From contig NW_026262668.1 in NCBI RefSeq assembly GCF_021869535.1, positions 34,286,001 through 34,350,000 of the forward strand: a DNA stretch of 64,000 nucleotides. Reading direction: 5' to 3'. The position numbers and the translations under genes are program-made. The notes beneath the pieces are model-generated. The model was not told where the DNA came from and did not search any database. It was given only the letters and a program-made list of their open reading frames with translations. This stretch comes from Mytilus californianus (Eukaryota). The first letter of the stretch is position 1. Every line of letters begins with the position of its first letter. Of this stretch, positions 1-12,739 are shown in pieces.

Positions 1-227
1 TTCGTCACCTGTGAAATTTTAGAAATATACCAGTTCATATCGCACATTACTATTTTTGTTAGAATAAAATTGAGAATGGAAATGGGGAATGTGTCAAAGA
101 GACAACAACCCGATCATAGAGCAGACAACAGCCGAAGGCCACCAATGGGTCTTCAATGCAGCGAGAAACTCCCGCACCCGGAGGCGTCCTTCAGCTGGCC
201 CTAAACAAATATGTATACTAGTTCAAT

Positions 228-281
228 TAGGGACTCTTTTTTTGTATTTTTTTCATTAAAAAAAATCCCACAGAGTCCCTA
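228..281. mobile_element. 54-bp MITE with 9-bp TIRs (hAT-like) inserted in the PLE tail
   Basis: TAGGGACTC...GAGTCCCTA, flanked by GTTCAAT and GTTCAGT; the paralogous tail at 39730-39750 has the empty site TATACTAGTTCAGTGATAATGG. Confidence 0.5.
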
Positions 282-649
282 GTTCAGTAATAATGGACGT
301 CATACTAAACTCCAAATTATACACAAGAAACTAAAATTAAAAATGATACAAGACTAACAAAGGCCAGAGGCTCCTGACTTGGGACAGGCGCAAAAATGCG
401 GCGGGGTTAAACATGTTTTTTTGAGATCTCAACCCTCCCCCTATACCTCTAGCCAATGTAGAAAAACAAACGTACAACAGTACGCACAGTAAAACTCAGT
501 TTAAGAGAAGTCCGAGTCCAATGTCAGAATAGGAAACAAAAGAAAATAAACAAAATGACAATGATACATAAATGAACAACGGACTACTAGCAGTTACTGA
601 CATGCCAGTTCCAGAACTCAATTAAACTGATTGAAAGATTATGTCTTCA

Positions 650-716
650 TCATATGAAAATGAAGTACAATCCCTCCCGTTAGGGGTTTAGTATCATACC
701 ATCATAAAATATATGA
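650..716 (-). promoter_or_regulatory. SECIS-like hairpin (form 2) in the PLE 3' UTR, with a degenerate 3' core
   Basis: Minus strand: helix I UCAUAU/AUAUGA; AUGAU at 705-701; helix II GGUAUGAUAC/GGAUUGUACU (9 of 10 pairs including G-U); apical AAA at 689-687 plus CCC/GGG mini-helix; the 3' core reads UCAU instead of NGAN. Confidence 0.55.
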
Positions 717-766
717 GAAGAACATAACCCGCATCATGCCAACAACTGGTTTTAGAATAAATGTGT

Positions 767-2290
767 TTAATTCCGATGCAAAGACCCTATAAGTGAATCA
801 ATATTAAAGCCAAAATATGCAATCTTTAATGACCTGACAACAGTATCGTAACTATATCCCTTCTTAATAAGTCTGTTTAAAGGTTTTGTTAGCTTTTGAG
901 GGGAATACTGACATTTTTGTGCTTTGTAAAGAATATTACCATAAAAGATTGGATGTGAAATACCCGAACGTATAAGATGTCTGCATGTTGAGTTATATTT
1001 ACGAATGATGTCCTTATACCGATGATAAAATTTAGTAAATGTTTTGACTAGTTTATGATATCGAAAACCCTGGTGTAATAATTTTTCAGTAATACATAAA
1101 TTTCTCTGGCTAAAATCTAAAACGTTGTTACATACACGAGCGAATCGTACAAGTTGAGATATATAAACACCATAAGATGGATAATTAACGATAGGAAATG
1201 AAAAATCATCTCTTTTATCATAAATTTTTGTATTAAGCTTCCCGTTAATGATATAGATATCAAGATCGAGGAAAGGACAGTGGTCATTGTTAGTATTAGC
1301 TTTATTTAAAGTAAGTTCAACAGGAGAAATTTCTTTAGTATACATACTGAAGTCGTCATTATTGAGAGCCAATATATCATCCAAATATCTAAAAGTATTG
1401 TTAAATTTTTGTATCAGATGTTGTTTCGATGGGTCTTTCCTGATTTTAGTCATAAATTGTAACTCATAACAATACAAAAACAGGTACGCAATAAGTGGTG
1501 CACAGTTAGTCCCCATTAGAATTCCGATAACTTGACGATATACGGAATCTCCAAAGCGAACAAAAATGTTATCAAGTAAAAGTTCAAGGGCAGATATAGT
1601 ATCAAAGCATGTCCAATTGACATAGCTCTTTTGTTTGTTTCTACTAAAAAATGACCTAAAAGAGTTTGAACATATGTATTCGCATTCCGACTTTTTAAAT
1701 GCCCATTTAATTAGGTGTGTGAATTTTTTTCTAAATAAGAATATGAGGCAAAGTGGTATATAGGGTAGAAAAATCAAAACTTTGAACACATTCAAAATCA
1801 CCAATATATGCATGCAATTTATCAAGTACTTCCAACGAGTTTTTGACACTCCAAAAGTAGTTAATTCCACTATTTTCAAAGGCCTTATTTGAACAATTTA
1901 TTTCAGGTTTTTGATTGTACCTAGTGTACTACTAGTAGAATAGACAATTTAGTAGTGGAACAATGACTTGAAGACGAAATAAATCTATATTTGTAAGGTG
2001 ATTTGTGTAGCTTCGGAAGCCAGTACATAGCTGGGACTTTCATTGTATTTGGTTCTGCTTGTAAAGAAGTAGCTAATGGTTTATGTTTGTTACAGATATC
2101 GTTTTCTGAAAATGAAGTCAGTTTGAATGTTGGTGAATTCGTGATTTCCTTTTGCAGAACCTCAATGTAAAATTTACGTCAAACTATAATGATATTATTA
2201 GCAGCTTTATCAGCCGGGACAAATACAAATTCCTTGGCTAGTTCTTTTAGTTTATGTTTGATAGAAGCATATTTATGCAGTCTCTGTTGT
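767..2290 (-). pseudogene. Frameshifted reverse transcriptase ORF of the PLE
   Basis: Manual translation extends beyond the ORF track: HKLKELAKEFVFVPADKAANNIIIV*RKFY...YWLPKLHKSPYKYRFISSSSHCS, frameshift near 1930, ...NYFWSVKNSLEVL...SFDFSTLYTTLPHILI, frameshift near 1735, KKFTHL...HRN*. About 10 codons are missing at VNYP|SYGVYISQ relative to the copies at 40.3 and 43.9 kb. Confidence 0.85.
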
Positions 2291-2534
2291 AAATATCTAA
2301 CCTACGTCATTTTTGAAATTTTAGAATTGTACAAGCGTTGTTCGGTTTTAATTGTATAAATTTAAAGATTGTTATAGTTTTAAATCAGAATAGATTGATA
2401 TGATTCATTTTACATCATAATCATACTGGTGAATGATATCTGTTATCCGAAAGTTTATAGATAAACTCTATATTTAATTTTTCCTTTTTTTAATATTGAT
2501 GTTGTTTTGTACACTTATTAGGCGTTTAAATAAT

Positions 2535-2780
2535 TTATTTATTGTGTACAGGTATCGTTACTTTTAACGATCCAGCGCCCTCGTAATAAAAATTGTTGAC
2601 TTATATCTAGACGTTTTATCTTATAAAGTGCCTAGAAAACCAACCTAATAATGTTAGAGTAGATCTAATTCTTTACTTCCTCCCAAACCGGGCCTGGAAC
2701 CTGTACTTTTTACTTCTCACTACGACAACACCGCCTAGCATTGCACAGACGCCTTATACCCTCATCTAACTATAGCTGAT
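2535..2780 (-). mobile_element. Degenerate tRNA-derived SINE-like element
   Basis: Minus-strand head with A-box-like TAGATGAGGG and B-box-like GGTTCCAGGCCC, ending in AATAAATAAA. Confidence 0.4.
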
Positions 2781-4662
2781 AATATAACTTCTTTGGTAAT
2801 GAAAAAAAATATATATACAAGAAGATTGTACTTCAGAAAGGAGTGATGTACATGTATGATAAGGCCACTTTTTGGCCCCTTGAATTAGAAAATCAAATCC
2901 GTCAGGTGTTCATAAGACATTCATTCCGGGTTTTTTTTTTGAAATCAGTACTGTGTCTTACATCCTGGAATTAATGCTGCAAACATTTTACTTTTAGTGC
3001 AAAAAAAACACGTCAAATAGTGACGTAAAGTTTTCAGACTATAGTGACTGGTTCCTTTATTGGTACCATTAAATAATAATTTAGAAACGCTTGAATTAGT
3101 GGACCATTTTTGCAATTTTAGAGGCCAAATAATGACTCTTATGATACCTCCTCCTTTAACAGAGTGAACTGACTTCTGGTTCTTAGGTTGGTCTGTTTCA
3201 AAAACTTTACTGCTAAAATAAAAAAAATCTCTACATCATAGGCTTCAAAGTCAGCACATTTTGGAGATATTGTCAAACTTCGATAACTTTGTGCATTTAA
3301 GGACCTTAAAGCTTTAAGAAAACCTTGGCCGCAACTTACGATCCAAAATGTTCTGTAACCTATGTGCCATGGTTATTATTGAATCCATAAACACATTTTT
3401 TTTTCTGGATCGGAGATGGCTGTCAAGGTGAATTATGCTAAAAACTTCGATAAGTTATGGGAAATTTGGACCAAAATGACATTACAACACACAAACTTCA
3501 TAATGTATAATGATGTATAATGTGGGGTGCCAAAAAAAGTTATTTTGTATTATAATAATACTAATATCTCAACTTTTTCATTGTGAAATTTGAAACATCT
3601 TTGCCCGATAATAAAAAAAAAAGAACAATAGAAAAGGGCCAGTTTTACGCGGCCCTTCGTGAACCTACACCTTTATTATCTCATCGTCAGTTATTATTAT
3701 TGGTTTTATTCTTAGATTCAGTAATTTACGTGCACATTTGTAAATGCATATTTAGTTAAAATCTTAATGATTAATGGTATAAACACGTGTAGTCATCGAT
3801 TAGCTCAATGTTTTACAGCATTAAAATATTGAGTTTTAAAACATAACAATTATAGGGAAAACAACTCAATTAACTTGCAGTTTGCATTTATAATATTACG
3901 TCACGACAAGACCAGAACATGCAACGTAATTCCAGCATGACGTCATAAAATTGTATCCTTTTTAATTGATCTGAATAACTAAATATATTTAAATTGTAAA
4001 GTTTAAGTTGTGTTTTCCTATTGAAGAAAATAAAACTAAAAAATAACATAATACCGCCCATCAATCTTTCTAATTTATTTGGTTTTTTTTTTTCGTTTCT
4101 ATATTTAAATGTATTTCTTTCGCTTCCATATCTATTGCAGTAATGGTTTAAATAAACATGCTTTAATCTTTCACATCCATACATGATAATTCTCTATTTA
4201 TTTATTTTTTTTTAAATATCAAGGGAAAAGTACTAATAAGTCATTAACAAATATTTATCAATGAATTAAACCTCTAATTTATCCCACTCAATGATATCTT
4301 ATTATCACGTATACAGACCAAAACACCTCCCCCGCACTGTCGAACATCAGTTGCACTAACAAATCTCTCCCACGACGTCCAAACATTTGTAACATCATGA
4401 TCATGATTGTAATTATTTGGATGTAAACTCATCGCGATAGGTCCTTAAATTTATCTTTGTTTACACCTTTAAAGTACTAAAAGTCTATACTGAAAGAACT
4501 GTCAGTAAGGTTTATACTCTTTCACTAAGTGATGATACTGACGAAATCAAATAAAAAGGATAAATTATTTTATAGATATATTTTTTGAAACCATATCTCA
4601 GAAGAAAACATTGATTTACATTACCATAATTATCATCCACATAGTCTGTGTCTGAGATTCTG

Positions 4663-4706
4663 ATTGGTTGCTTTGGGAAGCAGTTAATTTCTGTAAATTA
4701 TAAAAA
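4663..4706 (+). promoter_or_regulatory. Putative Pol II promoter (reverse CCAAT plus TATA box)
   Basis: ATTGG at 4663-4667 and TATAAAAA at 4699-4706, about 85 nt upstream of the ATG of a signal-peptide exon. Confidence 0.4.
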
Positions 4707-4790
4707 GATCAATGCCAGAGTGGTGATTCTTTGAGACTTCAGCAAATTGTGAACTAACTGTCGTATTTGACGAAATACGAAACGCCAAAA

Positions 4791-4914
4791 ATGAATATTA
4801 ACTTTTCAATTTATGTGGTATTTTTAACAACATTATTATGCATAAATAGTAGTGCTGCAACTGATAGTACTAAAACTACGGACGAAAAATTATTGGCTAT
4901 TTGTGAGTACATTT
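4791..4914 (+). CDS. Putative first coding exon of an unidentified secreted or membrane protein
   Basis: MNINFSIYVVFLTTLLCINSSAA-TDSTKTTDEKLLAI (signal-peptide-like); two phase-1 donors, GTGAGT at 4903 and GTAAGT at 4915. Downstream exons unresolved. Confidence 0.45.
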
Positions 4915-5041
4915 GTAAGTAAGTATATTTATTTTTTGGTTGGTTTCTATAAGTGTCAAAATAATTGTTTTCAACGAAATGTTCCTTTGTTTCGCTTTTT
5001 TCAATATTCTACACACTGTTAAATGTATAATTTTTTTCAAG

Positions 5042-5059
5042 CATACTGGGACCATTCAG
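5042..5059 (+). CDS. Putative 18-nt micro-exon (S-Y-W-D-H-S-G)
   Basis: TTTTTTTCAAG|CATACTGGGACCATTCAG|GTAAGT; phase 1 to 1, compatible with the preceding exon. Confidence 0.35.
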
Positions 5060-7524
5060 GTAAGTCTCTTTTTAATTTACAAACTTTGAGCGAACTCTGT
5101 CTGCATGTATTGTGTTGTTAATATATATATTCATATACATGACATATTCCGTTCCAAAATAAGAGTAAGTTACAGGTATTGATAGCATAATTAAGAAAGG
5201 CTGGTAATGACATTCAATTTTAAAATTCTCTTTTCAATGTTGACTTTCTTACTTTCGATTTAACATTTCTCACTTCCAGGTTCACTTTCCTCAGTTTAAA
5301 GTTGACATATCTCAGTTTAAGAAATGTAAACCTGGATCACTTTCGGGCTTAAAAACGTAAGGTGCTAAGTTACAGGCATCTTATTTTCGTGTTTGAGTTA
5401 AGTCATATCGTATCATGACTTTTGACTAATGAGTTTGGATGTCTTTTTTGTATCTTTCACCTATCTTTTAAAGAATACCTTTTCATGATTTAAATTTTTA
5501 TAATAAAAACTACTTTGAACTCAGTATGTATGTATTTATGCGCATAAGCTTAAAAAGTTTCTAATTATTTAATGAAAATATGGTGACATCCTTTATAACA
5601 CGGTCTTTGAACTGTAAAGAGGGGTTAAGGAAAAAGATAAACAGTTCTCTATGTGTTTTTCTTTTTGTTCTCTTGCACGAATGCATTTATGTTATTTGCA
5701 TGCAATGAATATTAGATGGTCTAATGAAGAAGACTTATTTGATGTGTCTCTAAATTTTAGTGACTTCAGCCTTAAATTCATTTAAGAAATGAATGCTTCT
5801 TTTTGTAATTTTATTGGGGTGTAAAAGTGTTGACCGAAGCACATGAATCGCTTCATTCTAAAAATGTGTACACGATCAACACTTTTCGAAAGAAGCATTC
5901 ATCTCTTATAAAATATTTGTATGCTAATAAGACCTTAAAAAAAGTTTTTCTTTTATTTACCTGTGCACTTTTTTTGGAAGCATGTGTCATTACGAATGTA
6001 ACATTTCATTTTGATATGAATGTTGATTTTTTGAATGACGTGCGATTGTTGTTCGCCAATCAAACTAACGGATTCTCGTGAAACATACATGCAATGTAAT
6101 TATATTGTATTTAAGTAAACGTTGATTGGTTATTCCTGATACATGTGTCGTGCTCACTGAATCAGAATAATTCGTTTTTAGTACTAAACATGCATTGGTA
6201 CTGCTGTTCATGGACCTTCCATCGCTTATGGTACCACCTTTCTCAAGTATCCAGTGCTCCGGTGTTTAGTATGATTTGAATGATGCATTTAGACAATTTT
6301 CAGTCTATGCATTATGTAAATGTGCTAAAGCTGTCTTCCTGAACATTCATGAAGTATTTGCCACTGGACGTCAAACAATCGATTACTTAAACTAAGATCG
6401 AAACACACTAAGCCCTTAAACGTTTTTTTTTTCTTCTGAATATTCTCTCCAGATCTATTAAGTGTTGATGCTCTTGAACATTTTATTTATTTGTCTTCTC
6501 AAACTTCTCCTCACGAGCATACCTATCGATTTTTTTTCAAAAACACCTGTTGTATACACCAAGGTCTGTTTTTATACAATGTACCAATCCGTCGATTCTA
6601 TTGCTGGTAAACTAGAAGGTTCCATTCTCCCAGTTGTCTGCAGTGCTTCAATATTGCCATGCTTTACATGAAAATGTATATCAAAAAATTAAGTTTGTAA
6701 AAGTGTGGTTGCAACTACAATAGACAAAGATGACTTAACACGACTGGCTGTATTGCTGGGGTCATCATGATGCGTATAAAAAACTTCTAGAGGCAGTCCA
6801 AATTTCTCCATCTCCCTCTATCCAAGTCCAGAGCATTAATGTGAATGAAATTATCATGATTTAACGCTCAATTTCTATAAACATTGATATGCGACTTGAA
6901 ACTTAGGTTGCAAATAAAACCCATCCATGTTGTAAGAATCAATCTCAACTTAAGAAAGGTAGAGGTGACACATTTGCATGATACTCATATATACATGTAT
7001 ATTAGAGAACCATTTACTCCTATTTAAAAATGTATATAAATCTATTTCGATATTTCTTTAAATCATATTTTTATTTTTATTCTTGTTTTTATACTCCAGC
7101 TTAAAATTGCTACAATTATATTTCTGAGAATGCTAACACAAAAATAAAACTTGCTTTTTTCCATCCCTAAACGAACCCCAAATTGTGAAGAAAAGTGACG
7201 TGACATGAAATCGACTTTGCACGAAAACATTTTGTTACTATATTTGGTAGATAAAGACAACAGGAAGTGTTGTAGTTGCAGTATGAATGTCGTTAGTAGT
7301 CATATTTTAATGCTTTATTTGTAATTTTCAGGAATTTTGTGTTGCTTGCGTGTCTTTGGTAGTCTGTTAACTTAATTCACTGTATTTCTACAGTAGACTG
7401 TCATTAGATTTAGAGCTTTTCATACTGTATGTTCACTTGTCTATAGATAAAAATCGTTGTGTTGGTTGGGGAGGGGGTTGTCTCATTGAGAAATTCCCAA
7501 AATCTGTTATTAATAGTGCAATGT

Positions 7525-7690
7525 CACATGTGGAGCAGGATCTGCTTACCCTTCCGGAGCACCTAAGATCACCCCCAGTTTTTGGTTAGGTTCGTGTTGC
7601 TCAGTCTAGTTTTCTATGTTGTGTTTTGTGTACTGTTGTTTGTCTGTTGGTCTTTTTTTTTTAGCCATGTCGTTATCAGTTGTCGCCTCT
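7525..7690 (+). repeat. Solo PLE 3' tail fragment
   Basis: GGAGCAGGATCTGCTTACCCTTCCGGAGCACCTAAGATCACCCCC matches the tail attached to the RT fragment at 43465-43720 (opposite strand). Confidence 0.6.
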
Positions 7691-8710
7691 CCTTAACAGC
7701 TCAACATTACCAACTAAAAATTTGAAACATAAGGTTAAAGACTTCAGTACATTTATCCTATAACACATCGTACGGTACTGATTTCAGTGAGCATTATACG
7801 TGTTTATGGTATTAAAACACCATGTATGTTGTGAAATACTCATTTATTTTAATGTTCCCATTACCGATTAATTATTTCACACTAGATATAATATAGCCTG
7901 AAAAATAGTCATGAAAAATACCAATTATCTCAACATTTGGAAAACATAACATGTTGACTGTTCAATTGACTTGCATGGCATTTTGACCTTAAATGATTGG
8001 AAACAAAGACTTTATCGGTTTTAATTATTTATTTTTTCTCTCTTTTTGACGACTTAAAAGCCACATTTTAACGTATACCTTATTCATGTGTTCGACTCAT
8101 CTTATCAAGCATTTGTAATGACCATTTACTCTACCAACAGTTTTTTCCCTTGAAGATCGTTTGAACAGTTTTTTCTCTCTCTTAAAACCAGTCAGTATAT
8201 ATATTTTACAATATAGGCGTTAAGGCTTTGTTATTCTCTTTTTTTAAAGATAAAGCAAATACATTTGGGTTGTTTTTATTATACCTACTCGTGCAACCAA
8301 TATTTTGTTTTTTTCGGTATAATATTTTAAAAACATTGTTTTTTATTACTTTCGTCTCTTCCATTTACTTGTTGAATAAATTTTGTATGTGTGACAATTA
8401 TAAAACCGATGTCTTTCAGCATTTTTAGTTAAGCATAACATTTCTTGGTGCAATTTCTTGGCGACGGTCACGTTTGGACAGTCCAAAAGAATATAAACCG
8501 ATATCGATTTTATCGATACATTTAATCCAAATTTGAAAAGATATTAAGATATAAATATAGATTTTTATGAAAAATGTGCGAGGTTGTCCTGTTTCTTGGT
8601 CATATTTAGAGTTTTTTTTTTAATATTTAACCTTTTGTTTGTTTTATTTTATTCAAAGTACTCAACCCTTTACCTTTCCGTAAATTTAATTACTTAACTC
8701 TCCCCTTTTT

Positions 8711-9705
8711 AGCTCACCTGGCCCGAAGGGCCAAGTGAGCTTTTCTCATCACTTGGCGTCCGTCGTCCGTCGTCGTTAGCTTTTTACAAAAATCTTCTCC
8801 TCTGAAACCACTGGGCCAAATTTAACCAAACTTGGCCACAATCATCATTAGGGTATCTAGTTTACAAAATGTGTCCGATGACCCCGCCAATTAACCAAGA
8901 TGGCCGCCATGGCTAAAAATAGAACATAGGGGGTAAAATGTAGATTTTGGCTTATATCTCTGAAACCAAAGCATTTAGAGTAAATCTGACAGGATAAAAC
9001 TTATTATCAGGTCAAGATCTATCTGCCCTGAAATTTTCAGACAAATCTGACAACTTGTTGTTGGGTTGCTGCCCCTGAATTGGTAATTTTAAGGAAATTT
9101 TGCAGTTTTTGGTTATTATCTTGAATATTATTATAAATAGAGATAAACTGTAAACAGCAATAATGTTCAGCAAAGTAAGATCTACAAATAAGTTATTGCC
9201 CTTAATAGTCAATTTTTAACAATTTTTCGTAAATTTTTGTAATCTTTTACAAAAATCTTCTTCTCTGAAACTACTGAGACAAATTTAACCATACTTGGCC
9301 ATAATCATTATTAGGGTATCTAGTTTAAAAATTTTGTCCGATGACCCCGCCTTCCAACCATCATGGCCAACTTGGTTAAAAATAGAACATAGGGGTAAAA
9401 TGCAGTTTTTGGTTTATATCTCTGAAACTAAAGCATTTAGAGCAAATCTGACAGGTGGCAAAAATGTTCATCAGATTTAGATTTATCTGCCCTGAAATTT
9501 TCAGACGAATCCGACAACCCGTTGTTGGGTTGCTGCCCCTGAGTTAGTAATTTTACAAAAATTTTGCAGTTTTTTGTTATTATCTTAGATATCATTATAA
9601 TATCTAATATCTAATACTATTAATTATGATTTTAACCTTATTTTACATGATTTCCAAAGCATCAGTAAATACAGGTGAGCGACACAGGCTCTTGAGAGCC
9701 TCTAG
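8711..9705 (+). mobile_element. Non-autonomous Helentron-type element (HINE / MgE / pearl-like)
   Basis: Follows a T-run; sub-TIR GCTCACCTG (8713-8721) / CAGGTGAGC (9672-9680); 5' hairpin GGCCC-GAA-GGGCC; CGTC microsatellite; two internal tandem units of about 464 bp (starting 8781 and 9245); 3' hairpin AGGCTC-TTGA-GAGCCT. Confidence 0.85.
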
Positions 9706-11063
9706 TTTAATATATCAAACTCTCAACCCTTCCATTTTTTTATTTTAAATACTAAACCCTTTCCCTTTTTATTTCATTTTAAATACTCAAACCTTTCTCT
9801 TTTTTTTATTTCTTTACTTATTCAACCTTCATTCTTCTAATTTTATAGCAAGTACTCTACCATTTCTCTTTTTTATTTCATTTTAAGTACTCAAAACTTC
9901 CTGTTTTCATTTTTCATTTTCATTAAATAGTTCTCAATTCATTCTCTTTATCTTGATATGTGGGAATTACCAAGAGTTACTTTGAAGAGCGTTTATAGGA
10001 AACCAGAGAAAAAAAAACCCAGTCAATTCTTTAATTTCAGTATAACAGACGACTAAAACTCAGGTGCATGTGAAACAATACTAAATTTTATAATCTAGAT
10101 ATCGCAAGGACAGTCAATACAAACTGACAACAGCGAGTACTCTCTAACAGTTATATATTTAGTGACGTTTTTACCTGTGGTTGTAATATTGAATAAGGCC
10201 CATAATTTCATCACACTCTTTACCAAGTTTGATGTATAAATACCTGCTGGAAAAGCCGAGTTTTTGAAAACGCCCATAACCATTGAAATCAACAAGATTG
10301 ACATACCGTAGCAAAATGTCTCCCGCGCTTTTCACAAATTAAAACACTGGAATCTAAGATAACCGATTATGTGGAAATGCACATTTGTCATAAAGAGCAA
10401 ATTCCTGTTAATGTCATTAATCTTTATGACAGCTATTCAAGAAGCATGCAAACTGAAATCTGTATCATAGTTACTGCTAGTAGGATGATATCGCTGTTGG
10501 TGGACTGATCATCCCCAAGGGGACCATCCTCCCAATAGAAAGATATAATTGTAAATGGAAATAACACACATACAGTTTTTGCGCCCGAGGCGCTTTTCTG
10601 AATTACTTAATCAGGAACGATCAAACTAAATCATTTGAAAACCAATGATGTATAAATACACGAACAAGTTAAGGGAGCTATGATATCAGAAGGGATCTAA
10701 AAAAAAATAGCCGAATTCATTTATTGTCAACCACTTGAGGGAGTTGGAATCTTAGTTTTCTTCGTAATTTCTAATTCTATCAACGGTGAATTTATGGAAA
10801 GTTTGTTATAAATCATGTCAGTACCGAATCACTGACTACTTACGGCTGATGAAATGCTGAGTACTTCAGCTCGGTTGTATAATGATATTGTATTAAAACT
10901 AATATTGCAATTCCCTGATTACTTGCTATTGACCTTTTTGGTGTTGATGCTCGAAATTATTTAAGACGTTATTTTTTCAAAAGTTTGACATCCAACTTGC
11001 CTAATCAAAATTATTTCAGAAATTTATGTCTGACTGGTGCACTGAAGCAGCACCATATTACGT

Positions 11064-11206
11064 TTATTATGCCCCGCATTTTTTTTTTCACATCATCATG
11101 TTTATTATGTTGCGCTAAATTACGGTTTTGACCCCGATTTCACTGCCACTGAACATTGAAATATAGTGCGAGCGGGGCATGGTATCGTATGGTAACTGAT
11201 TCTTGT
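11064..11206 (+). mobile_element. Possible internally deleted mini-HINE
   Basis: ATGCCCCGC (11069-11077) / GCGGGGCAT (11172-11180) asymmetric sub-TIRs after TTATT. Confidence 0.35.
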
Positions 11207-12739
11207 ATTAAAGATTATTTCTTGTAGAATTTCATTTTCATGAATTAAAAAAAATATGTGTTACAGATTCAATTTGACATAACGAATATCTAAATCTGTA
11301 ATTACCAATATAAAAACAAAAATAATTACGAGAAGTCATAACTAATTCTAAATTTCAAAATAACAAATAAAATCTCTTTTGAAATCCGTAATAATGAATC
11401 GGCATTTGAATCTTAAATGCTTTAAAAGGGGCTTCCATACACATTTGATTTTGAAACCTCGAAAGTAAAATGATCACTTGTTTTTAAGACTGCTTTATAA
11501 ATTAATGAATTCAGTACATATGTTATATTGTATTTACCACTTCTATTCCCACATAACGCGCAGAAAATATTGTTAATAATAAGCCCAAAGATCGTGTTTG
11601 TACCTTGAAAGACTTTAGGCACGTGTACTTTACCTTTCGGAACTCACATGCACGACATTATTATAATTCACATTTAGATAATTATAGAATATTGAAATAT
11701 TGAAAAAAATATTTAACAAATAACCGAACAACACATCATAGCAATTCACGAATGCGCGTTGTGCATGAATTAATTGTCCTTCTTGTTTAATTGAGAGTTG
11801 ATTATTGTTGGATATTGGAATTTTTGGATAAGTCATTCATATTATTACATTGATATTGGAATTTTTACTGGAAATAAAGAAAAAATGCAAGGAACTATAT
11901 CTTTTTTATGCATTCTCAACGTGTTGATGCAACTTCATCGACAAAGTCTTGACAACAACAATTGAATAACATTATAAAAAGACAAATAAAGATGGCTAGA
12001 ACCCATTTGAAAAAAAATGGCAATTATTGATACAATGAATGTTCAAACCCTGTGCCACTGGATTTTCTTATGTATTTCAAATTAGGCAAAAAAAAAAAAA
12101 CTCTTCCTTTTTCAGATGGAACCACCAGAAACATTTCCAATTTTTAATTTTTTGGATTTCACTCCTGAAGGCATTTTCAAATTCCAAAATGTATACTTCT
12201 ATTTATTATTAGCATTCATCAAAATGGTTTATAAAAGGTTATATATTTTTACAATACTCAAAACGCATAATATTTTATCAATTATTTACCATAATTAGTT
12301 GTTCCCGTAGTTTATAATGTAAATACATGAGATTTTTATTTAAGCATAAACATCGTGACACGATTAAGGGTTTACAGAATCAATGTATTCATTAAAAGTC
12401 AGAAATACTGATAGCTTAATAGAACGTAATACGCTTTCGACAAATCACTGATAAACAGAATAATACACTTGTATATAATTTAAAGGATCATAACTGTCAA
12501 GTTTTGATACAAGTTCAGAATCGATCACTCAGCATGACTGATATATTTCAATGTTTCTACATATAGTTACATGTAGTACAAACCGTTACGTTTTCGTTGT
12601 AAACATAAAATATAAAAAGACAAACACGTCCTTTCAGCTTGTATTGGACAAATCTTAAATATAACATCCACTTAACTTTTGACGTCATCATCCGTTTTAA
12701 ATGTTTCTGAAACAAATTGGCAACACGCCTCAGTCTTTA

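Larger units (their letters stand above)
65..2300 (-). mobile_element. 5'-truncated Penelope-like retroelement, Naiad-type (RT region plus about 700-nt 3' UTR)
   Basis: RT motifs SFDFSTLYTTLPH, GILMGTNCAPLIAYLFLYCYE and FRYLDD; no GIY-YIG domain after the RT thumb; the 3' UTR ends in the ...TTCCATTCTCAATTTT tail also seen at 24505 and 39578. 5' boundary approximate. Confidence 0.8.

Noticed and set aside
1736-1879. N-terminal ~48 aa (MKIVELTTFG...) of the 370-aa track ORF
   Set aside because: Out of frame: the true RT sequence (NYFWSVKNSLEV...SFDFSTLYTTLPH) lies in another frame, joined by a frameshift near 1735.
6590-6830. Plus-strand frame with a faint death-domain-like feel (KVPFSQLSAVLQYCHALHENVYQKIKFVKVW)
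   Set aside because: Several stops, no clear splice boundaries, and the resemblance is too weak to support without a profile search.
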